This document shows positions 18,881-28,371 of a stretch of DNA of 64,000 bases, in pieces. Numbering within the stretch: the stretch's first letter is position 1; every line of letters starts with the position of its first letter. Location of the stretch: NCBI GenBank assembly GCA_963765675.1, contig CAVXXK010000003.1:512001-576000 (forward strand), given 5' to 3'. The notes under the pieces are model-generated. The model saw only the letters and a program-made list of their open reading frames with translations. It had not been told where the DNA came from and ran no database searches. The stretch is from an uncultured delta proteobacterium (GTDB taxonomy: Bacteria; Desulfobacterota; Binatia; Binatales; Binataceae). A program made the translations under genes and the position numbers.

Positions 18881-19792
18881 CTACGCGGCGGAAACGCGGA
18901 AACCGATCTTGGGAAAGTGATTTACGACGCGTCCGACCGCGGGATCCTCCCGCTCGATCGCGATCTCCTGAATCGTGTTGAGCGCCACTGTCCCTGCCAC
19001 CGGATCAAATGCGTAGTCGTCCGGAGTTACCGCAACGCGCGCCCCTGTCTTCAGGCCGCTCGGATCGGCGGGGTCGGAATTCGGCTGCGTGGCGGGATTG
19101 GCAGCCTTTGCGATTTTGAGCGCTTCGTCCGGGTCCATCGGAGTCATCGCACCGTAACCCATTGCGTCGATCCGCTCGAACCATCGCATCAGATTCGGAA
19201 ACTTCTGCGCGTGCGAGAACGCGGTCGGCTCCGCGCGCAGGAACCACACCGGATGGAAGCAAGCGGCGTCGGCGAGGCTGAAGCGATCGCCAAGAATATA
19301 CGGCTGCGAGGCGAGAGAGCCGTCGAGGATCTGCAGGAACGCACGCAGTTGGTTGAGCGCGTCGGGCGCGGCCTTTCCGATCTGCGCAAAATCGGCGCCC
19401 TGCATCATCTTGCTGCGATCTTCGATAAATTCCTTCGGCACCACTGCGGCGAGCTTCTCGAAGATCACCGGCGTGGTGGACCAGAAGATGCGCCGGTCCG
19501 CCCACATATTGAGCGCGTTGCACGCGGCTTCCATCCCGCGCGGATATAGCGAGGGCTCGGGATGAAGCTCCTCGAGTTTGCGGATGATGATGCCGGTATC
19601 GCACCACACGTCGGCGCCGATCTGGAGGACCGGAATTCGCCGGTAGCCGCCCGTCAGCGGAACGAGCTTGGGCTTCGGCATGATCACTGGCTGCTCGACG
19701 GCGCGCCAGCCGATCTTTTTGTACGCGAGAATTTTGCGGATTTTTTCCGAGAACGGCGAATTCACATACTGATGCAGAATAACTTCGGGCAC
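18881..19792 (-). CDS. glutathione S-transferase family protein
   Basis: SPFSEKIR, PKPKLVPLTGGYRRIPVLQIGADVWCDT, SLADAA, HFPKIGF. Confidence 0.9.
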   Translation of the reverse strand: MPEVILHQYVNSPFSEKIRKILAYKKIGWRAVEQPVIMPKPKLVPLTGGYRRIPVLQIGADVWCDTGIIIRKLEELHPEPSLYPRGMEAACNALNMWADRRIFWSTTPVIFEKLAAVVPKEFIEDRSKMMQGADFAQIGKAAPDALNQLRAFLQILDGSLASQPYILGDRFSLADAACFHPVWFLRAEPTAFSHAQKFPNLMRWFERIDAMGYGAMTPMDPDEALKIAKAANPATQPNSDPADPSGLKTGARVAVTPDDYAFDPVAGTVALNTIQEIAIEREDPAVGRVVNHFPKIGFRVSAA

Positions 19793-19899
19793 GATGAGCC
19801 TCCTGGGTTGATCGATTCCAACGGGTCAAAATTTACCGCACCGCGCTCAATTGGGGAACCTCCATTGCAGCGCCTGCGAAACCTGATATTTTCGCCGTT

Positions 19900-20556
19900 A
19901 TGTTCGGACAACAGGAATTCGATCTTTTCGAAGCAATTTATACGACTCGTTCGATGCGCCGGCTGAAACCCGATCCGGTCGCGCCCGAATTGATCGTCAA
20001 GGTGATCGAAGCGGCGACGATGGGCCCCAGCGGCAGTAACCGGCAGCCGTGGATCTTCGTCGTGGTGCGCGATGCGGAAACCAAAGCCTTCGTTGCGGAG
20101 CGCTACTTGAAGGCGTGGGAAGTCTACTTCACGCCGCGGGCGCGGGAGATCGTCGCGAACGATCCGCAAAGTCCGCAGGGACGAATTCTGCGCTCGGCAC
20201 GCTATCTGGCCGAGCACGTCGGCGAAGCACCGGTGATGATCTTCTGCTGCGTCAAGAAATACAACGACGCGAGGCGCAGGGGGCAGCCGATGCTCAACGC
20301 GATCTTTCCCGCAATCCAGAATCTGTGCCTCGCGGCGCGCGCCTACGGCCTCGGCACCTCGATCACCGGGCTGCATCAGATGCATGGCGCCGAGATCGAC
20401 GAGCGGCTTGGCGTGCCGGCCGAGTACTCGAACGCGGCGATGATTCCGATGGGCTATCCCAAAGGCAGATGGGCGCGGCCCGAGCGCAAGCCCGCCCTCG
20501 ACGTGATCAACTGGGAGCGATGGGGGAGCCGCACGAGCTCTGTACCGGAAAAATAA
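19900..20556 (+). CDS. nitroreductase family protein
   Basis: RSMRRLKPDPV, PSGSNRQPWIFVVV, QNLCLAARAYGLG, PMGYP. Confidence 0.9.
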   Translation: MFGQQEFDLFEAIYTTRSMRRLKPDPVAPELIVKVIEAATMGPSGSNRQPWIFVVVRDAETKAFVAERYLKAWEVYFTPRAREIVANDPQSPQGRILRSARYLAEHVGEAPVMIFCCVKKYNDARRRGQPMLNAIFPAIQNLCLAARAYGLGTSITGLHQMHGAEIDERLGVPAEYSNAAMIPMGYPKGRWARPERKPALDVINWERWGSRTSSVPEK

Positions 20557-20574
20557 ATTCTGCGATCGGCGCGT

Positions 20575-20793
20575 TCAGCCCTCGATCACGGCGAGCACCA
20601 GACCGCGCTGAATCTGATCGCCGGCCTTGACGCGGAACTCGCGTAGCCGTCCCGTGGCCGGCGCCTTGATCGGAATCTCGACCTTCATCGACTCGATCAC
20701 CATCACTTCGTCGCCGCGCGCAACCTGCGCGCCCATATCCACCGTGAGCCTCAGCACCTTGCCAACCGCGGGGCTTTTTATGTCCATGCTCAT
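20575..20793 (-). CDS. stand-alone biotin/lipoyl carrier protein
   Basis: 72 aa with IESMKVEIPIKAP. Confidence 0.85.
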   Translation of the reverse strand: MSMDIKSPAVGKVLRLTVDMGAQVARGDEVMVIESMKVEIPIKAPATGRLREFRVKAGDQIQRGLVLAVIEG

Positions 20794-21010
20794 GCGCCAG
20801 CGGCGCCGTCCTTTCCGAAAGTCGTCGAGATACCGGCGTCATAGCAGGCGCAAGCGCGGTCCGCCAGTATTGGCGCAAATTGCGCGCTTGAGTTGCGCGG
20901 CCCGATGGCTGTAGAAGGGGGGCATCGGCAGCGGTCTGGGGACCACGCTGCCGGAATCGATCAGGCGAAAAGAGCGGCTGGAGAAACTGCGCTTGGGTAA
21001 TGACAGCAGG

Positions 21011-22354
21011 ATGAGCGGTATCGTCGCCGCGCGCACATTGCTCGAGTATCCGCGCGGGGCGCATCGATGGAGCCTGCTCGGGCTCACGGTGATCGCGACG
21101 ATTCTCGCGTCGTACGAATTCCAGCTCGCGCCGATTCTCTCGCTGCTGCTGCCGTTCCTGCACATGAGCCAGGTCGGGTACGGCTACTTCATCACTTTTG
21201 CGGTTCTGATTTCCGGAATCTCGGCGTTCTTCGGCGGACCGCTCGCTGACCGCTACGGCCGCGTGATCCTGATCGACATCTGCCTTGGCCTGACCGTGGT
21301 GCTGGTGTTCTGCAACCTGTTCATCACCAATATCGTTTCATTCATTATCATCCGCACGCTGATGAGCGTCGTCGCGGGCACGATGGCCGGTGCTGGCGCG
21401 GCGTTGATGCGCGACATGTCGCCGCGCGTCGATCGCGCGCTGGCATTTGGCCTTTTGACGATCGGGCCGGTCGGCGCGAACTTCCTGGCCAACAAGATCG
21501 CGGCGTGGACGCTGCCGATCTACCACACCTGGCAATCGCAGATCTGGATCACGGGATTTCTGGGCCTCGCGATGTTCCTGCCGATCGTGCTGTGGCTGAA
21601 GGACTTGAGCACCGATCTGCGCTTGCAGATTTTCCGCACCGAGATCGCCTCGATGGAGGCGCGCGGGGTCAAGCTGAAGGCGGCCGAATTGCCCTCGAGC
21701 ACCAACGACGCCTTCCGGCGTCTGCTGAAGCATCCGGAGATCTGGATCCTGGTCGTCGGGATGAACGCCAATTTGACGCTGTATTTCGCGATCACCGCGT
21801 TCGGTCCGCTGATGTTCACGCAGGCGTTCAAATATCCACCGGCCGAAGCGGCCGCGATGAACTCGAACTTCTGGTTTTGCAACCTGGCGATCCTGATCGC
21901 CACCGGATTTATCTCCGACCGCCTGCAAATCCGCAAACCGATCGCGATTATCGGCGCCGCACTCAGTATCGGACTGCTCGCGTGGTGGATTCCGAGCTTC
22001 ACAGGCACTGGTCTGCCGCGCGGCGAGATGGCGATTGTCGCGGCGGTGCTGGGCGGCTTCCTTGCGATCGGCTATGTGCCGTGGGCCGCGCACTTCTCCG
22101 AGACGCTCGAGGAAGTGTCGCCGGCGCTGCAGGCGACGGGATGGGCGTTCTTCGGATTGGTCGCGCGCGCGTGGGCGGGACTGTCGGCGCCGCTGACCCT
22201 GTGGGTCGCCAAGGAATTCGGATGGCAGGCATGGATCAAGGTGAGCATCGTGGGAATGGCGATCTACATCGTAGCCCTGCTCATCACGCGCGGCATTCAT
22301 CAAGAGGCCGCCGAGACCGCCGAAACAGAAGCAACCGCAACCGCGGCACAGTAA
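21011..22354 (+). CDS. MFS transporter
   Basis: About 12 hydrophobic segments; motif A GPLADRYGR and GFISDRLQIRK. Confidence 0.9.
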   Translation: MSGIVAARTLLEYPRGAHRWSLLGLTVIATILASYEFQLAPILSLLLPFLHMSQVGYGYFITFAVLISGISAFFGGPLADRYGRVILIDICLGLTVVLVFCNLFITNIVSFIIIRTLMSVVAGTMAGAGAALMRDMSPRVDRALAFGLLTIGPVGANFLANKIAAWTLPIYHTWQSQIWITGFLGLAMFLPIVLWLKDLSTDLRLQIFRTEIASMEARGVKLKAAELPSSTNDAFRRLLKHPEIWILVVGMNANLTLYFAITAFGPLMFTQAFKYPPAEAAAMNSNFWFCNLAILIATGFISDRLQIRKPIAIIGAALSIGLLAWWIPSFTGTGLPRGEMAIVAAVLGGFLAIGYVPWAAHFSETLEEVSPALQATGWAFFGLVARAWAGLSAPLTLWVAKEFGWQAWIKVSIVGMAIYIVALLITRGIHQEAAETAETEATATAAQ

Positions 22355-22375
22355 GTATTGCCCCTGTGCGGAATG

Positions 22376-22640
22376 TCCCTCTCCCAGATTGGGAGAGGGT
22401 GCGTGGCGCGGCGATTGCTCTTTTCAGCAATCGCCGTGACGCGCGGGGTGAGGGACCGGCAGAAATAAAAATCTGCGACCGCGCGCTGCGACATTCTGTG
22501 CGCGCTTGCGGAATCCGAATTCTGGTGCTTTGGACAAACTTGGTGCGTATGCCGAAACAAGCAGGAGAGTTTTCTCTGTCGGTCCCTCACCCGTCGCGCG
22601 CAACGCGCGCCACCCTCTCCCAAACTTATTGGGAGAGGGA
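22376..22640. repeat. REP/MITE-like composite palindromic element
   Basis: Ends TCCCTCTCCCA...TGGGAGAGGGA; inner GTGAGGGACCG/CGGTCCCTCAC; about 43 bp nearly identical to 39127-39169. Confidence 0.8.
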
Positions 22641-22655
22641 CTGATCGGATCGCGG

Positions 22656-24212
22656 CTACGGGCGCATCGTGCGAGTGCGGATTCCCAGCTGGGTTGGCAC
22701 AATCTCATATGCCTGGTGCACCCAATCGACCAGGATCGGACGCGTGTCGCGAGGATCGATTATCTCCTCGATTCCGAATGCCTCCGCAGTGCGAATCGGC
22801 GAACGCACGGCGTTGAACTTCTCTTCGAGTTCTCTGCGCAGTTTTTCCGGATCCTTCGAGGCCGCAAGATCGCGCTTGTACGCCGCCTCAATGCCGCCCT
22901 CGATCGGCAGTGATCCCCAATCCGCCGATGGCCACGCATAGCGCAGATTGAGTCCGCTGGTGATTCCGTGCGCGCCGCCGGCGACGCCGAACGCTTTGCG
23001 CACTATAATCGCGACCCATGGCGTGATCGTCTGGTACACCGCGCACATCGCGCGCACGCCGTGCCGGATGGTTCCCTCGCGCTCGGCTTCGCGACCGATC
23101 ATAAAGCCCGGCTGATCGACGAAGTTCACGATCGGCAGATGAAACGTGTCGCACAGGTCGATGAACTTGACCATCTTGTCTGACGCCGCCGCGTCGAGCG
23201 ATCCACCGATCGCGAATGGGTCTCCCGCCATCACGCCGACCGGATAGCCGTCCAGGCGCGCGAACGCGGTGACCAGCGACGGTCCAAAGTACGGGGTCAT
23301 CTCGAAAACTGAATCGCGATCCATCACCAGCTCGAGAATCCTGCGCGCGTCATAACCTTGCCTGCGGTTGCGCGGCACGATGCTGATGAGCTCGTCCTCG
23401 CGGCGATGCGGATCGTCGAGCGGCGTAGTCCGCGGCGGCGCCTGCCATACGCTCTGCGGCAGATAGGACAGGAAACGGCGAATCTGGTCGAAGGCGTCCT
23501 CCTCGCTTTCGGCCTCGTTGTCCACCGCCCCGCTCTCGTGCGCATGGATGTCAGATCCGCCGAGCTGTTCCTTGTCCAGATTCTCGCCGGTTCCCCACTT
23601 CACCACCGGAGGTCCGGCGACAAAGAGCTGGCTCGAGCCTTTTATCATCACCGCAAAATGCGATGCCGCCACCCGCGCCGCGCCAATTCCCGCAACCGAG
23701 CCCATGCATCCCGCCACCACAGGGACTTCGGACATGAGCTGCATCATGATGTTGAATCCGGCGACCGCAGGGACGTAGGTCCTTTTCATCGTCTCGAACG
23801 TGCGCACGCTGCCGCCGCCTCCGGTGCCGTCGATCAATCGCACAATCGGCATGCGCAGCTCGTGCGCGATCAGCTCTGCGTATCCCCGCTTGTTGCCGAT
23901 CGACGCGTCCGCGGCGCCACCGCGCACGGTGAAGTCGTCTCCCGCGACCACGACGCGCCGTCCGCTGATTCTTCCGGTTCCGCCGACAAAGTTGGCCGGC
24001 AGGAACTCGATCAGAGTATCGCCCTCATACTTGGGTGCGCCCGCCAGCGCGCCGTATTCGTGAAACGATCCGTGATCGAGCAATCGCTCGATCCGTTCGC
24101 GCACCGTGAGCTTGCCGCCGTCGTGTTGGCGCTTGATATTGTCGGCGCCGCCCATCTGCTTCGAGAGCTCGAGGCGGCGGCGAATTTCATCGACTTCCGG
24201 TTGCCAGGACAT
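22656..24212 (-). CDS. acyl-CoA carboxylase carboxyltransferase (beta) subunit
   Basis: GKLTVRERI, DDFTVRGG, DTFHLPIVNFVDQPGF, IIDPRDTR. Confidence 0.92.
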   Translation of the reverse strand: MSWQPEVDEIRRRLELSKQMGGADNIKRQHDGGKLTVRERIERLLDHGSFHEYGALAGAPKYEGDTLIEFLPANFVGGTGRISGRRVVVAGDDFTVRGGAADASIGNKRGYAELIAHELRMPIVRLIDGTGGGGSVRTFETMKRTYVPAVAGFNIMMQLMSEVPVVAGCMGSVAGIGAARVAASHFAVMIKGSSQLFVAGPPVVKWGTGENLDKEQLGGSDIHAHESGAVDNEAESEEDAFDQIRRFLSYLPQSVWQAPPRTTPLDDPHRREDELISIVPRNRRQGYDARRILELVMDRDSVFEMTPYFGPSLVTAFARLDGYPVGVMAGDPFAIGGSLDAAASDKMVKFIDLCDTFHLPIVNFVDQPGFMIGREAEREGTIRHGVRAMCAVYQTITPWVAIIVRKAFGVAGGAHGITSGLNLRYAWPSADWGSLPIEGGIEAAYKRDLAASKDPEKLRRELEEKFNAVRSPIRTAEAFGIEEIIDPRDTRPILVDWVHQAYEIVPTQLGIRTRTMRP

Positions 24213-24323
24213 ATGGTTCCTCCGCTGTTTGCCGATCTTATCAATCATGCTCAGCGCGTTCACGGCAAACGGGCGAACGACCCCGTTTCGAGCGACGATT
24301 CTTCCTGTTAGCCTTGAGCGTCG

Positions 24324-25727
24324 ATGAGTGCCGCGCCGATTCAGACTGTTCCGAACGCGAACTTCTCCGCGCGACCGAAGCGCGCGATGCTCTCCGGATG
24401 GGGCCGTTACGGAGCGCTCGAATGCGATCTCTACCGGCCCGAGAAATTCTCCGAGCTGGCGGAAATCGTCGCATCAAACTCGACCTCGCTTATCGCACGC
24501 GGCGCCGGGCGCGCGTATGGCGACGCCGCGGTGAACGGCGACAATCGGGTCGTCGATGTGACCCGGCTCGGGAGGATGCTCTCCTTCGATCCAGACAGCG
24601 CGACGCTGCGAGCGGAGGCGGGGGTCACGCTCGATGAGATCATCGATGTGTTCCTGCCGCGCGGATTTTTTCCGCCGGTAGTGCCGGGCACGCGCTACGT
24701 CACGCTCGGCGGATCGATCGCGGCAGATATCCACGGCAAGAGCCATCATCGCGACTCCTCATTCGCGAGCCACATCACCAGCTTCATCCTGATGCTTGCG
24801 TCGGGCGAGATTCGGCGATGCTCGCGCGAAGAAAACGCCGACCTGTTCTGGGCTACTGTCGGAGGGATGGGCCTGACCGGCGTGATTCTCGAAGCGGAGC
24901 TGCGGCTCAGTCGTATCGAGAGTGCGTGGCTGGAAGGCGAAGTGATTCGTGCGGAGAACCTGGACGCGGCGCTCGAGGCGTTCGAGCGCACCGACGGCCA
25001 ATACGGCAACTCGGTTGCGTGGATCGATTGCGCGACCACTAAAGGGCGGCTTGGGCGCTCGATCCTGAACGCCGCAAATTTCGCGACGCGCGACGCTCTT
25101 GCGCCCGCGATGCGCCAGGATCCGTTTGCGATCAAGCCGAAGTTCCATCCCGCCGTGCCGTTCGATCTGCCGAACTTCGCGCTGAGCGCGCTCACGGTTA
25201 GAACGTTCAACGACGGTCTGTACGCGATTCATCGCCGCAAGGCTGGCCGCGCGCGTTTCGACTATCAGAGTTTTTTCTTTCCGCTCGATTCGATTCATGA
25301 CTGGTACCGAATCTACGGCAAGCGCGGATTCGTCCAGTACCAGTGCGTATGGCCCGAGGCCGAGAGCCGCGCGGGGTTGATCGAGACTCTGGAAGCGATC
25401 AGCGCGAGCCGGCGCGGATCGTTTCTGAGCGTCCTCAAGAAGTTCGGCGCGCAGGAAGGGATGCTCTCCTTTCCGATGCCGGGTTATACACTTGCGCTGG
25501 ATTTTCCAGTCGCGGAAGGTTTGATGGAATTTCTCGACCGGCTTGACGCGATGGTGCTAGCGCGCGGAGGCCGCGTCTACCTCGCGAAGGACGCGAGGAT
25601 GCGCCCGGAGACGTTTCGCGAGATGTACCCGAACCTCCCGCGATGGCAACAGATCAAGACAGCCGCCGATCCGAATAACCGGTTTTCCTCGAGCCTCGCG
25701 CGGCGTATCGGGATGCTGCCCACGTAG
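24324..25727 (+). CDS. FAD-binding oxidoreductase, DprE1-like
   Basis: LSGWG, RGAGRAYGDAA, PGTRYVTLGGSIAADIHGKSHH, GGMGLTG, GYTLALDF, GGRVYLAKD. Confidence 0.88.
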   Translation: MSAAPIQTVPNANFSARPKRAMLSGWGRYGALECDLYRPEKFSELAEIVASNSTSLIARGAGRAYGDAAVNGDNRVVDVTRLGRMLSFDPDSATLRAEAGVTLDEIIDVFLPRGFFPPVVPGTRYVTLGGSIAADIHGKSHHRDSSFASHITSFILMLASGEIRRCSREENADLFWATVGGMGLTGVILEAELRLSRIESAWLEGEVIRAENLDAALEAFERTDGQYGNSVAWIDCATTKGRLGRSILNAANFATRDALAPAMRQDPFAIKPKFHPAVPFDLPNFALSALTVRTFNDGLYAIHRRKAGRARFDYQSFFFPLDSIHDWYRIYGKRGFVQYQCVWPEAESRAGLIETLEAISASRRGSFLSVLKKFGAQEGMLSFPMPGYTLALDFPVAEGLMEFLDRLDAMVLARGGRVYLAKDARMRPETFREMYPNLPRWQQIKTAADPNNRFSSSLARRIGMLPT

Positions 25728-25749
25728 GCGCACAGGCGCTTCCAGAGCC

Positions 25750-26488
25750 ATGGCCAAGGTAATCGTCTTAGGTGCGACCAGCCCGATCGCGCGAATCCTC
25801 GCGATGCGCTTTGCCGCGGACGGCGACGCGGTTTATTTAGCCGCGCGCGACGCGGGCGAGGCAGCGAGAATCGCAAGCGACCTATCGGTACGCACGGGAG
25901 CGGTCGCGCTGTCAGGCGCATTCGACGCGGCCGATTTCGCCTCGCATACCGATTTCATCCGCCGCGCGACCGACGAGCTCGGCGGCATGGACGGCGTCGT
26001 GCTTTGCTTCGGCACGCTCGGCGACGAAGACGCGGCGCAGATCGATCCTGACGCCGCGCTGGCGACGCTGCATCAGAACTTCACCGGCGCGGTCAGCCTG
26101 ATGACGCTCGCCGGGACGCATTCTCGAACAACAGAAGCACGGCTTCATGATTGTGATCGGCTCGGTCGCCGGAGATCGCGGCCGCGCGAAAAATTATGTG
26201 TACGGCGCGGCCAAGGGCGGGCTGCATACTTTTACCCAGGGACTGCGCGGACGGCTCACGCGCGCGGGCGTCCACGTGATGACGGTCAAGCTCGGCACGG
26301 TCGACACGCGGATGACGTGGGGTCGCGAGGGAACTCTCCTCACCGTCTCTCCCGAGAAAGCCGCGAACGCGATTTACGCCGCGTACCAGCGCAAGGCTGA
26401 GGTCGTGTACGTACCGTGGTTCTGGCGCCCGATCATGGGAATCGTGAAGTTAATCCCGGAGCGGTTTTTCAAGCGCACCAGCTTCTAG
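25750..26488 (+). CDS. short-chain dehydrogenase, DprE2-like; +1 frameshift near 26114
   Basis: LGATSPIA in the first frame; GSVAGDRGR..NYVYGAAKGG and VDTRMT in the second. Removing one G restores LAGRILEQQKHGFMIV. Confidence 0.85.
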
Positions 26489-26491
26489 CGA

Positions 26492-27262
26492 TCACTCTTC
26501 CAAGTAGTAATCGATCGTCGAAACCAGACGCACCTTCTTGTCGATCGAGCGCGCTTCGTCGAAGCCGCTCTGCGAGCCGGAAGCGTCACGCGGAAGAATC
26601 TCGAACACGCCCTGATTGGCGCGCCGGATCGGGCCGAGCTTGCTGTTCGAATCGTTGGCGAACTGCTGCGCGACGGCGCGCGCGCTCTTGGTCGCCTCCG
26701 CCAGCATCGCGGGCCGGATCGAATCGAGGTTGGTAAAATAGTAGGCAGGATTGGCGATGCCGTTGTCGGGTTCGAGGTTGAGCACGATTCCCTGGCTGAT
26801 GAGATCACCGGTGAGTTGACCGGTCTGCGCAACGCGATCGACATTGCCCGAGCGGATCTGAATGCCGCCCTTGACCAGATAGCGCCCGTTGCTGCGATTT
26901 TGCGTGGCGCCGAACTGCTCGGTGTCGGTGACCTTTGCGGGGACTATTTCGATCTCGGCGTCCGTGAAGCCATGCTGATGCGCAAACGCAGTGACGAGCT
27001 TCGCGTCACGAACGATTTCAGTATTTGCCTTGATCACGTCGTCGCTGGTGGCGGTGTATGAGATGTTCCACACCGCCACGTCGGCTTTGACCGGCCGCTC
27101 GACCAATCCGCGGACCGTCACATAGCGGTCGCGTCCGCGCGCAGACAGAAACCCCTGCTCGATAAAATAGCCGCCCAGCGCAAGCCCGATCGCAACCAGC
27201 GCGCCCAGGATCGCAGCGCTCGAAGCAGGCATCCCGCGAGATTCCATGATTCGCGTCTCCAT
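26492..27262 (-). CDS. SIMPL (DUF541) domain protein
   Basis: TM anchor; VTVRGLVERPVKAD, RPAMLAEATKSA, LGPIRRANQGVFEI, KKVRLVSTIDY. Confidence 0.88.
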   Translation of the reverse strand: METRIMESRGMPASSAAILGALVAIGLALGGYFIEQGFLSARGRDRYVTVRGLVERPVKADVAVWNISYTATSDDVIKANTEIVRDAKLVTAFAHQHGFTDAEIEIVPAKVTDTEQFGATQNRSNGRYLVKGGIQIRSGNVDRVAQTGQLTGDLISQGIVLNLEPDNGIANPAYYFTNLDSIRPAMLAEATKSARAVAQQFANDSNSKLGPIRRANQGVFEILPRDASGSQSGFDEARSIDKKVRLVSTIDYYLEE

Positions 27263-27303
27263 CGTTATAGGCCGTCGCCCTAGAGGCTACGCGCAAACCG
27301 CAG

Positions 27304-27339
27304 AAAAGAAAGAGGCCCGATTTAGCGGGCCTCTTTTTT
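27304..27339 (-). terminator. intrinsic terminator downstream of korB
   Basis: AAAGAGGCCCG-ATTTAG-CGGGCCTCTTT with A/T tracts on both sides. Confidence 0.8.
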
Positions 27340-27363
27340 CGATCATGTAAGTAATCTCGCGAG

Positions 27364-28365
27364 CTAGTTGACGGTCCAGGTGTCGCCGCGATTCAGGAGC
27401 TCGGTCAGATTGCCTGGGCCCTGCTTGGCCTTGGCGTCTTCGAGCTGCTTGTTGATCGCGCCGTCGTAGGTCGGACGCGAAACCGCGTAGAAGACTCCGA
27501 CCGGCGTCGGCATCGGCGCCTCGAAATTTCCGAGCATGAAGGCGAGCGAGAGATTGGTTTCGTCGTGGACCACGATGTCTTTTTCGCTGATGCCATTTTC
27601 GCCCAGCGTCACGACCTCGGGCCGCATCCCGTTCATCTTGATGCCCTTGTTGCGTTCCTTGCCGAAGAGCAGCGGCTTGCCATTCTCGAGGATCAACTGA
27701 TGCTCGGCTTTGATCGCCTTGTCGCTGACCTCGTTGAAAGCGCCGTCGTTGAAGATATTGCAGTTCTGCAGAATCTCGATGAACGACGCGCCGCGATGCG
27801 CATGCGCGCGCTTGAGCATCTCGCCCAGATGCTTCTGCTCGACGTCGATCGCGCGCGCGACGAAAGTCGCATGTGCGCCGAGCGCGACCGTGATCGGGTT
27901 GAAGGGAAAATCCACCGAACCCGCGGGAGTTGACTTGGTCACCTTGCCCACTTCGGACGTCGGCGAGTACTGGCCCTTGGTCAATCCGTAGATACGGTTG
28001 TTGAAGAGCAGAATCTTGAGGTCGATATTGCGGCGCAGCGCGTGGATCAGATGGTTGCCACCGATCGAGAGGCCGTCGCCGTCGCCGGTGACGACCCACA
28101 CGTCGAGGTCCGGCCGCGTAACCTTGAGACCGGTCGCGATCGCTGGCGCGCGTCCGTGAATCGTGTGAAAGCCGTAGGTGTTCATGTAGTACGGAAAGCG
28201 GCTCGAGCATCCGATGCCCGAGATGAAGACCGTGTTGTGCGGCGCGATGCCGAACTCGGGCATCGTCTTTTGAACCTGCGCCAGGATCGCGTAGTCACCG
28301 CATCCAGGACACCATCTTACTTCCTGGTCGGATTCGAAATCCTTGCGGGTAAATGCGGTAGCCAT
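27364..28365 (-). CDS. korB: 2-oxoacid:ferredoxin oxidoreductase beta subunit
   Basis: WCPGCGD, SGIGCSSR, HTIHGRA, GDGD, NNRIYGLTKGQYSPT. Confidence 0.93.
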   Translation of the reverse strand: MATAFTRKDFESDQEVRWCPGCGDYAILAQVQKTMPEFGIAPHNTVFISGIGCSSRFPYYMNTYGFHTIHGRAPAIATGLKVTRPDLDVWVVTGDGDGLSIGGNHLIHALRRNIDLKILLFNNRIYGLTKGQYSPTSEVGKVTKSTPAGSVDFPFNPITVALGAHATFVARAIDVEQKHLGEMLKRAHAHRGASFIEILQNCNIFNDGAFNEVSDKAIKAEHQLILENGKPLLFGKERNKGIKMNGMRPEVVTLGENGISEKDIVVHDETNLSLAFMLGNFEAPMPTPVGVFYAVSRPTYDGAINKQLEDAKAKQGPGNLTELLNRGDTWTVN

Positions 28366-28371
28366 TGGTCC

